Source of the DNA: Candidatus Heimdallarchaeota archaeon
GTDB taxonomy: Archaea > Asgardarchaeota > Heimdallarchaeia > Hodarchaeales > Hodarchaeaceae
Direction: 5' to 3'
NCBI GenBank assembly: GCA_011364965.1
Contig: RDOB01000007.1
Coordinates: 1 to 64,000 of the forward strand
DNA: 64,000 nucleotides
The notes under the pieces were generated by a model. That model saw only the letters and a list, made by a program, of their open reading frames with translations. It was not told the origin of the DNA and searched no databases. A program made the position numbers and the translations under genes. Shown here piece by piece: positions 10,615 to 18,680 of this stretch (within the stretch, counting starts at the first letter, position 1; each line of letters starts with the position of its first letter).

Positions 10615-12570
10615 TTATCGTTTTTTCTTATGGATTACGGTTAAATAGGCAATTGCTAAAGCAATACCCATGACTGTGAAAGATGTTGCTCCTCCTGTCG
10701 TAGTTGTGGTAGTTGTAGTGGGTGCTTCAGTTGGAAGATACCAAATCGTGAAAGTATCACCAACGGAGGGAGTTAGCGGGTACCACCCTGCGCGATCACC
10801 ATTTTTAACATTTCCGATCTCATTTAGATGAAGGATGTTTGAATTAATGGATGCCATTTTCGGAGTAATGGTTGTTCCACCTGATGCAAACCAACTTACA
10901 GTGATATCAGTTTCATCATGTGCAAGGACATCAGCGAGAACGTTAACATAAGTAATTCCATCCTTGGTATATTGACTTTCAACAATTCCAACATCAGTTA
11001 TGTACGCGCCATTAGTACCTGGTGCCATTTTGAAAGTTATTTTAGCGTTAGAGAATGCATCATCGTGAGTATTTGTAATTGTTCCAATTAGGCTAGTTTG
11101 TGTTCCATCATTGGCTGCTGAGAATGAGGTACTTAGTGTTCCTAGGGGATAGACACTATCTTGTTGGGTAGCTGTTCCCCATGAAGAAAACGCGTTATTT
11201 TGGACATGGATTAAACTATATCCATAAGGAGCGGAAGTAACTGAAATATGTTGTATCCCTTGAAAAATAGAGGAATCAGTGATGCCAATTGAGGAATGGA
11301 CGTAATAAGCTACTCCATAATTTACCATGGCAGCTAAAATATCCGTACTCTCAGGTTCATTTCTCACACATTGCTCATACATTTGCTCAGGGATATGACT
11401 TGGAGCATCTGTAGGTGATTTGATTGGATCGTGTAAGAAAACGACTTTCAAATTTGCCGTGTCAGCAGATGCTAGGGAATTTTCAATAAAATCCGCTTCT
11501 ACTGCTGTTGGACGATGATCACCTGGGTAAATTGAGGTGAAAAAATGGTCTCCTACACTCCAGTCACGATTCCTCGGACCAATAATTCTTTCAAAAGCGG
11601 CGATTCCCATTCCCCAGTAAGGCCAATCACCTTCACCACCTTCGAATCTTTCTCTATGTCCTGTTGCCATGTACTGCGGAACACTGCAAAGCTCTTCTAA
11701 GTATGAAACATACATTCGGAATGTTGGTTCATCTCCATAAAGAGAAACAGATCCTAGATTAACTATGAATAAAGGATTAACTATCGAGAGTTCCTTTAAG
11801 GTGTCACTAATGTTATAGGTACCCCTTGTGCCATCCGGATATACTTCTTGATCCCCAAAAATGGCTATATAATAGTCTTCAGGGATTGTATCAAGAATAC
11901 GAAGAGAATTCGGTTCAAAATCTGAACGTGTCTTCCCACCAGCTGTTGCATAAAGAGTTAAATCATAAAGTCCTACTTCTAAGTCTCCTGGGATTGCAAA
12001 GGAAATATTCCAATCATTCCCAATGCTATTAGAACTACTTGAAATAATGGGATTTGTCGGATTATCTCCACATGTTAGATTCAGTTTCCATTCTGTTATA
12101 CTGCTTGGCCCAAGCGCTTGTACATCAAGAATAGTGCCAGCAGTTGTTATTCGGGGTGTACACAAATTTGGATCGATCATTTGAATACGGTAATCTCTAT
12201 ACTCTGGGAATATTTCCCAATAGTTTCGATCATTTCTATCAACGGTACTCCCTGATGTGAAAAGGAATTTTAAACCATCCGGAAGATCCGTGGCCCATAA
12301 AAGCTCTGCTTCCCAATAACCAGAACTATTTTTTGTCATAGGATATTGAATAAAACGACTTTGGAAACCTTGTTTACGACTGGAGGTAGACCATTGAGAA
12401 GTAACAGGAACTACCTCGAGATTTCCTTCAATATCTTGAGCTACCTCAACATTCAAACTTGTTACGTCAGTAGGGATGAATCCATCCGCTAACGGCGAGC
12501 TTGAGACGGGTATTGACAATAAAAACGTAAGATTTAGTAATAACAATAACAATAAGTTTTTTTTCTGCAA
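10615..12570 (-). CDS. Surface-anchored calcineurin-like phosphoesterase paralog with degenerate metal ligands
   Basis: Aligns by eye with 14230..15891; motifs read GDQE/GSVS/GHRE/HSSIG; signal peptide, Thr linker, TM-KKKR. Confidence 0.7.
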   Translation of the reverse strand: MQKKNLLLLLLLNLTFLLSIPVSSSPLADGFIPTDVTSLNVEVAQDIEGNLEVVPVTSQWSTSSRKQGFQSRFIQYPMTKNSSGYWEAELLWATDLPDGLKFLFTSGSTVDRNDRNYWEIFPEYRDYRIQMIDPNLCTPRITTAGTILDVQALGPSSITEWKLNLTCGDNPTNPIISSSSNSIGNDWNISFAIPGDLEVGLYDLTLYATAGGKTRSDFEPNSLRILDTIPEDYYIAIFGDQEVYPDGTRGTYNISDTLKELSIVNPLFIVNLGSVSLYGDEPTFRMYVSYLEELCSVPQYMATGHRERFEGGEGDWPYWGMGIAAFERIIGPRNRDWSVGDHFFTSIYPGDHRPTAVEADFIENSLASADTANLKVVFLHDPIKSPTDAPSHIPEQMYEQCVRNEPESTDILAAMVNYGVAYYVHSSIGITDSSIFQGIQHISVTSAPYGYSLIHVQNNAFSSWGTATQQDSVYPLGTLSTSFSAANDGTQTSLIGTITNTHDDAFSNAKITFKMAPGTNGAYITDVGIVESQYTKDGITYVNVLADVLAHDETDITVSWFASGGTTITPKMASINSNILHLNEIGNVKNGDRAGWYPLTPSVGDTFTIWYLPTEAPTTTTTTTTGGATSFTVMGIALAIAYLTVIHKKKR

Positions 12571-12826
12571 TTTTAGACCTCTAATTCTATAATTGTGTGT
12601 AAAGAAGTAAAGATTTCTTATCTATTATTAAATTTTTTTTATATCTTTATGACTTCTCTAAAATTGTGAACTCGTCACAGGGAGCTCTTATATTTAGATT
12701 TTTAATCAAAAATAGGATCCTTAGTTAATGCTACTGCTGTATGAATTATTCTAAAAAGTAGTCTAGAATAAGTAGATCAAGAAAATTAAGTATAAAAAAG
12801 GAAAAAAAGAAAAGAGTAGGAATAAC

Positions 12827-13843
12827 CTACTTACGTTTTCTGAGTACCAATGGTATGAGTGCTAACGCAATAAAACCTGTTAGGATCTCAAATCCTGGAG
12901 CTTTTGCGTCATATTTACCAACGGACCAATCAAGTAGTTGATAGAGTAACTCAATGTTTTGAAGTCCACCTACTTGATATCGCATCTCACTGCCGTACAT
13001 ATTTTTATAGTTTGAGAAGAAGGACTCACCCATGACTGCTAATTTGTTTTTACTGTCACCGAGATTCCATTCAATGGCAAGCATGGATTTAGAGGAGTTC
13101 TCACCAGTTGGATAGCCTTCCCATTTGTCATCGTCATCAAAATCTTGATCTTGAATCTCTGATGTAACTGAGGTGTTCACTACCCATTGACAATTTTCGA
13201 TGTCGTTATAGTTCGCGACAGTTCCAACGCCAGCGGTGGTTACTGATGAATATGGAACAACACAGGTTGGACCATGCCAAGAAGTATTTACTACGTCCTT
13301 AGTAATTTTATTGGCTGGGGAATCAATAGTGTTGTCTACATTACAAATTGGACGATATCCTGCACCGTCATTCATTCCAGCGTCAATGATTGCATCATCT
13401 TGTACAAAAATATGTCCCTCTATCTCTATAACGATATGATTAACACCAACAGGTTCTGCTGTTGTACCCCATGGATACCAATATCCACCATAATCAGAAT
13501 CAGAGGCGAGCCAAAGAGCACGGCCAGATGCTTCGTTGAACCAATCAACAATCACATCTAACTCACCCTTGGTGTCATTGATATAGTCAACACCGTTAAC
13601 AATTAGAACATCTATTCCCTCTAAAATAGAGGTGTTCATTTCACCTACACTGGTGACTACTTCATAACCATAATTGCTTGCGTTACCTTCGAAGCTCATT
13701 ACTTCCACATGCAATGCTCCATTGCCAGACCAAACTAAAACTTTATAGTCAGCTTGGGCAGATGTTGGATTGGTCAAACTGAGCATTCCAAGTGTAAGCA
13801 GAAAAAGAATCATGGTATTTAGTATGTATTTATTTTTTTTCAA
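12827..13843 (-). CDS. Surface-anchored GIFT/GldG-like protein with PGF-type C-terminal anchor
   Basis: Signal peptide; LEGIDVLIV...ELDVIVDWF...LWLASDSD; APGFE-TM-RKRK. Confidence 0.55.
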   Translation of the reverse strand: MKKNKYILNTMILFLLTLGMLSLTNPTSAQADYKVLVWSGNGALHVEVMSFEGNASNYGYEVVTSVGEMNTSILEGIDVLIVNGVDYINDTKGELDVIVDWFNEASGRALWLASDSDYGGYWYPWGTTAEPVGVNHIVIEIEGHIFVQDDAIIDAGMNDGAGYRPICNVDNTIDSPANKITKDVVNTSWHGPTCVVPYSSVTTAGVGTVANYNDIENCQWVVNTSVTSEIQDQDFDDDDKWEGYPTGENSSKSMLAIEWNLGDSKNKLAVMGESFFSNYKNMYGSEMRYQVGGLQNIELLYQLLDWSVGKYDAKAPGFEILTGFIALALIPLVLRKRK

Positions 13844-14229
13844 TACTCACACACATCCAAAATTAATATTTTTTAGTTGAAGTGCACTATTTTGCACTCG
13901 TCTCCCATTCTATGTTGTATGTTTAAAAATGTTATTCAGATAAATTAAAACTCTCTTATTAATAGCTTCCTTTTAAGTAATAAATATCTAAAATTTAGGC
14001 CATAAGCTTTAGAGGAAATTAAGATCCCTTTCTCTCGTAAGAACTGCATAATTTTTCCCATTTTTCACAAAATTTTGGTATTGACATCATCCTATATCTC
14101 AATTTTTTAATCAAATTAAGTTATTTTATAATTAATTATTTAAATCTCTCCACGGTTCAAAGTAAATCATTCCAATAATCTGTATTAGTTATCTATTTTT
14201 TAGAATAAAGACTTAAAGGAGAATACAAA

Positions 14230-15891
14230 GTGAGAAATGGTTTTATCAAAAATTTTTTCTTAATATTCAGTTTATTTCTTTTTTTCATTAGTTTTTCATC
14301 AGTTAATGCCAAAGTTTCGACTCAAGCTGCTGCAAATTGGACCCCAACAATACCAGATGTAGGAGATATGATTATTATAACCTATGATCCATCTCTTGGT
14401 ACTATACCTGAAACTGCTAGTAATATATGGTTAGTATGGGCTATGAACGTTTCTAGCAATAATGCTCATTTAATGCCAAGTCCAGCGATGTGGCCTGCTA
14501 ATACACACACCATTTTATCTGGCCGTTTTGTCGAAACTCCCATGATAAAAGATGGTTCAATTTGGGAAGTATCAATTACATTGAATGAAATGGCTGAGGA
14601 TTTCAAAATCGGATTTACAGATACTTCTGGAACTATAACAGATAACAATGATGGCAACTATTGGTACATTGAAACGAAAATGAAAACAGATAGAATTCTA
14701 GCACGATCTCCATCATTTGGATTACCATACTTCCTTCAACAGGGAGAATCGTTAGTTATAACAGCTCGTGGTCCAGCTTCAGCCACTAATTGGGCCGTTC
14801 AATTAATACATGAAGCAACAACTATAGATTTTACAGTAGCAGATGAGTCTTATGTTGATGGAATGTGGAGTTTAACAGCAACAAATAATACGAATATACC
14901 TGAAGCTCTTTACGATTTATCATTAAGCGCAACTGTGTCAGCAATTACCCGCATGAATATTCAAGAGCATTCTGTGCAAGTAATTTCAGAATTTAAGGAC
15001 GATTTTAATTTTATTCACATTTCTGACCCCCAGATTTTTCCAGACGGAAGTGGTGCAAAAAGTGGCCTTGGAAATATTACAGATGCATTTCAAGCACTCA
15101 ATGAAACCAATGCAGAATTTATAGTATGCACTGGTGACATTACAGAGTGGACTGACGAAATTTCGTATAGAAAATTCAAAGATTGGAAAATAATGTATTT
15201 AGATATTCCATTATTTTTGATTCCAGGAAATCATGATGAATTTGAAGGAACAGGGGAAACTAATTCGGATAAAATCTGGGGAGGTGGACAGGGAACGTAT
15301 GAGTTATTAATAGGGCCATCCCGAGGAAGCTGGACATATGGAGATGTCAGTTTTGTATATATCCATACTGATGACAGAAATGTTGCATCAGAAGATGTAG
15401 AGTGGGCTGAACAACAAATGGCAAAACCTGAATTTCAGAACAGCATCACGAAAATATTAATGGCACATCATCCTCTTGATAGCAGGTATGCATCTGAAAC
15501 TGTGGTAAATCCAGGGAAAAATGATATGCTTAGTGCTATTCAAACCTACAATGTTACTCATTATCTCCATGGACATCTTCATGACGGTTGGCACAGTATA
15601 TTAAATGGAGTACATCATATTGGCGCTCCGCAGACTTATCCATATGCTAATACCCAAAATAATGGTGGTTATATTGTACACACAGTTGAGAATGGAAATT
15701 TAACCAATTGGACGCAATATATTGATTTTTTGGAAGTTACTTTAGATGAACCCAATACTGATATTACTTCTGATAGTACAACTACAACTACTCTAACAAC
15801 TGGAACAACACCTGGCTTTATGATGTTTTCAGTAATTATCATTGCCTCTATGATTTCAGTTATGAGAAAACGCCAAAAACGTGTTAATTAG
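14230..15891 (+). CDS. Surface-anchored metallophosphoesterase with N-terminal CBM-like domain
   Basis: HISDPQ, TGDITE, PGNHDE, AHHP, HGHLH; N-terminal WTP..P..G...PMIK...W...DNNDGNYW; TPGF-TM-RKRQK. Confidence 0.85.
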   Translation: MRNGFIKNFFLIFSLFLFFISFSSVNAKVSTQAAANWTPTIPDVGDMIIITYDPSLGTIPETASNIWLVWAMNVSSNNAHLMPSPAMWPANTHTILSGRFVETPMIKDGSIWEVSITLNEMAEDFKIGFTDTSGTITDNNDGNYWYIETKMKTDRILARSPSFGLPYFLQQGESLVITARGPASATNWAVQLIHEATTIDFTVADESYVDGMWSLTATNNTNIPEALYDLSLSATVSAITRMNIQEHSVQVISEFKDDFNFIHISDPQIFPDGSGAKSGLGNITDAFQALNETNAEFIVCTGDITEWTDEISYRKFKDWKIMYLDIPLFLIPGNHDEFEGTGETNSDKIWGGGQGTYELLIGPSRGSWTYGDVSFVYIHTDDRNVASEDVEWAEQQMAKPEFQNSITKILMAHHPLDSRYASETVVNPGKNDMLSAIQTYNVTHYLHGHLHDGWHSILNGVHHIGAPQTYPYANTQNNGGYIVHTVENGNLTNWTQYIDFLEVTLDEPNTDITSDSTTTTTLTTGTTPGFMMFSVIIIASMISVMRKRQKRVN

Positions 15892-15943
15892 AGAAACTTC
15901 TTAATTTTTTTTATTTAAATTCTGAATCAATGAGAATAGAAAA

Positions 15944-17509
15944 ATGCCTCAAAGGATCACTCCAGTTTCAATAATCGTTATTGTCTGTATATCTGCTATA
16001 ATTGGAACCAGTCTCCCAATTGAGATAAAGCTACCTCCAAGGCAAATAAATGTTGAAATAAATGAGAATAACCAAATTTTAAGTCCAACTCTAGCCAATC
16101 CAGCCATATCTCAAGCTGGTGATAATGTTAGAGTAATTTACAAGACAAATATCTCAGATGATCCAAATGAAATATTCCTAAACAACGAATTTGCCAATTA
16201 TTTGGTTGAAGTTATTCAAATAACTGGAATTGACATTAATGGAGAAAGATCCATGATTATTTCAACTAATCTAGATATATTACCATTAATTTATTCCTTA
16301 ATTGTTACATTCCCAAACAGCTTGAAAATTTTCTCTTATAATTCAATTAAAATTACTGATGAAGACCTGTATCTGCTAGATAATTACTCTTTTGTTCATT
16401 TTACAGATACGCATATCTCCGGGTTACAAAATCGATATGAGCAAGTTTCAAGATTAATTTCGGAGATTAACTTGTTAAATCCAGATTTTTGCCTATTAAC
16501 TGGAGATATTGTTGAAGGTTTAACTACAGATAATCAGGGAAATATGATAACAGCAGAGATTCAATACCCGCAGGCACTAGCTCTTCTTAAGGAATTAAAT
16601 ATCCCAGTTTTCATAATTAGTGGAAATCATGATTTCCAAATTAATGATAAGCAGAATGGGAATGAGCTTTGGTCAAAATACTTTGGAAAAGTAGGGAACG
16701 TAATAAATTTCACATATTCTCAGGATCAATTTGTTGGAGTTTCTCTTTTTGATGAGAATGGATTAACATATGATCAGCTCCAGAAAATTGAAACTATTTA
16801 TACAAGCTCTTCTTCTAGTTCTTTTCTTAACGTTTTTTTTGCACATCATGATTATAAAAATCAATTTCCCTTAATATATCAGAACTATGGGATCAATCTT
16901 TCTCTATTAGGTCATGAGCATATCACAATTGAAAGAAATGTTTCAGGTACAGTTGAGAATGCCTTAGATAATAGTATTACGTTTACAGAAGCCGAAACTG
17001 GTCACTATCGGTTGTACACAATTAATTCTGAGAAAGAAATAGCGTATGAAGAATTAGAGGTAGAGCAATTGAGGGCATCTATTTCCACTGAATCGAATAA
17101 TGAAAGTTCAATAATGATTCATATTAATATTCAAAATTTTCATCCAATATCATTTTCAAACTTAAAAAAGGAAATAATTTTACTAGGAAACTGGAGGAGT
17201 AATCAAATAATTGAATCTTCAAACATTGACATGCATTTTAATGGCTCTCATACACTTATATATTTATTCATGGATATAGAGGCAAAAACTGAATATAATT
17301 CGGAAATTATCTTATCTTCAAGTTCCGGTTCATATTCTTGGATTATAAATTCTTCAATTATTGAAATTACTTTTCCTTTCTCTGATTCTTCAAGCCAAAG
17401 CTCTGAACAGGACAATGGTGTCAATTTTATCACCCTGAAATTGTTTGTTTTTAGTTTATTAGTATCTACTATCATATTAAGGAATAATAAAAGGAAAAAA
17501 AAGCAATAA
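15944..17509 (+). CDS. Surface-anchored metallophosphoesterase
   Basis: FTDTH, TGDIVE, SGNHDF, AHHD, GHEH; N-terminal signal and C-terminal TM-basic tail. Confidence 0.85.
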   Translation: MPQRITPVSIIVIVCISAIIGTSLPIEIKLPPRQINVEINENNQILSPTLANPAISQAGDNVRVIYKTNISDDPNEIFLNNEFANYLVEVIQITGIDINGERSMIISTNLDILPLIYSLIVTFPNSLKIFSYNSIKITDEDLYLLDNYSFVHFTDTHISGLQNRYEQVSRLISEINLLNPDFCLLTGDIVEGLTTDNQGNMITAEIQYPQALALLKELNIPVFIISGNHDFQINDKQNGNELWSKYFGKVGNVINFTYSQDQFVGVSLFDENGLTYDQLQKIETIYTSSSSSSFLNVFFAHHDYKNQFPLIYQNYGINLSLLGHEHITIERNVSGTVENALDNSITFTEAETGHYRLYTINSEKEIAYEELEVEQLRASISTESNNESSIMIHINIQNFHPISFSNLKKEIILLGNWRSNQIIESSNIDMHFNGSHTLIYLFMDIEAKTEYNSEIILSSSSGSYSWIINSSIIEITFPFSDSSSQSSEQDNGVNFITLKLFVFSLLVSTIILRNNKRKKKQ

Positions 17510-17644
17510 CTAAAAGTTCAAATCATATCTATGAATTAATATATTGCTTTTTGTTTTCGAGAATTGACAGTGAAAAAGAAATATTTCACTTCTGAAATAT
17601 GTTCTATTCAGAATCAAAGGGAGATGGCTTTAACAAGATAATTC

Positions 17645-17742
17645 AAGTCACCCCTTATGATGAAAAAGACGGTCTACGGAGGTCTTATGCCCAATTTTCA
17701 TTGGGTGCTGAGACTGATGACGAAAGTTGCACTTACTGACTT
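17645..17742 (+). ncRNA. Atypical box C/D sRNA with a structured insert
   Basis: C ATGATGA 17657-63, D' CTGA 17708-11, C' CTGATGA 17714-20, D CTGA 17736-39; two hairpins between C and D'. Confidence 0.7.
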
Positions 17743-17765
17743 TTAGCATCTAAATAGGGTTAGAT

Positions 17766-18680
17766 ATGCCTTTAACTATCTTAGAAATCTTTAAAAAATT
17801 AACTAAATTTGAGTTTAGGGTTCTTTCAGTTATTGAAATCCTAATGGCTAGACATGAATTTGTTCCTATTGAGGATATCGCCAAATATATGAATTATACT
17901 GAAAAGAGGATACGGGTCACTATAGATCGGATGAGAAAGGATAAGCTAGTAATTGTAGTTCAACGTCATTATTTGGGTATAGCTCTAACGTTCATTGGAT
18001 ACGATGCTTTAGCATTAAAAGCTCTTGTTGAGAAGGGTGTCATTGCTCAAGTTGGACCTGAAATTGGAGCTGGAAAAGAGAGCGATGTTCGTTTAGCATT
18101 AGATGATGACGGTAATGATCTTATCCTAAAATTTCATAGGTTGGGAAAGCTTGATTTTCGAGCTACACGGAAAGCCAGATCATTTCTTGCTGAAAAACGC
18201 CATTTATCGCCATTGTATGAGAGTAGGTTGTCCGCAGAGAGAGAATACTCAGCACTTAAAGCGTTATTTGACGCTGGAGTGAGTGTTCCTAAACCAATAA
18301 GTCAAAATCGTCATATTGTTGCAATGCACGTTGTCACTGGACAGGATCTCTTTAGAATGAAGAAAAATGAGTTCAAAAATCCTGAATCCGTTCGAGAACT
18401 GAGTGAGAATATTCTCAATGAAATAATAAAATCAGCCAAAGCAGGTTACATTCATGGTGATTTATCTGAGTATAATATACGGTTGAATGAAGAAGATTAT
18501 CCAGTTTTGTTTGATTGGCCTCAGTATATTTCGCTGGATTCAGGACACGCAAATTTGATTCTCTCAAGAGACATTGAAAATGTCCTTAATTATTTTACTA
18601 AGAAGTTTAAAATGAGTCCTCGGATCGAGATAAAGGAAATAATTGATAAAATTTTTGTGACAAGAGAAAATGCCAAGTGA
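17766..18680 (+). CDS. rio2: RIO2 kinase
   Basis: N-terminal wHTH with LTFIGYDALAL; IGAGKESDV, KFHRLG, IHGDLSEYNI, FDWPQ. Confidence 0.95.
   Translation: MPLTILEIFKKLTKFEFRVLSVIEILMARHEFVPIEDIAKYMNYTEKRIRVTIDRMRKDKLVIVVQRHYLGIALTFIGYDALALKALVEKGVIAQVGPEIGAGKESDVRLALDDDGNDLILKFHRLGKLDFRATRKARSFLAEKRHLSPLYESRLSAEREYSALKALFDAGVSVPKPISQNRHIVAMHVVTGQDLFRMKKNEFKNPESVRELSENILNEIIKSAKAGYIHGDLSEYNIRLNEEDYPVLFDWPQYISLDSGHANLILSRDIENVLNYFTKKFKMSPRIEIKEIIDKIFVTRENAK

Noticed and set aside
3130-15810. Short ACN/GTN trinucleotide-like repeats in several genes
   Set aside because: They encode Thr-rich linkers of surface proteins and are not independent repeats or CRISPR
17714-17725. CTGATGA-CGAAA resembles a hammerhead ribozyme core
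   Set aside because: No stem II between CUGAUGA and GAAA and no stems I/III; better explained as the C' box of a C/D RNA
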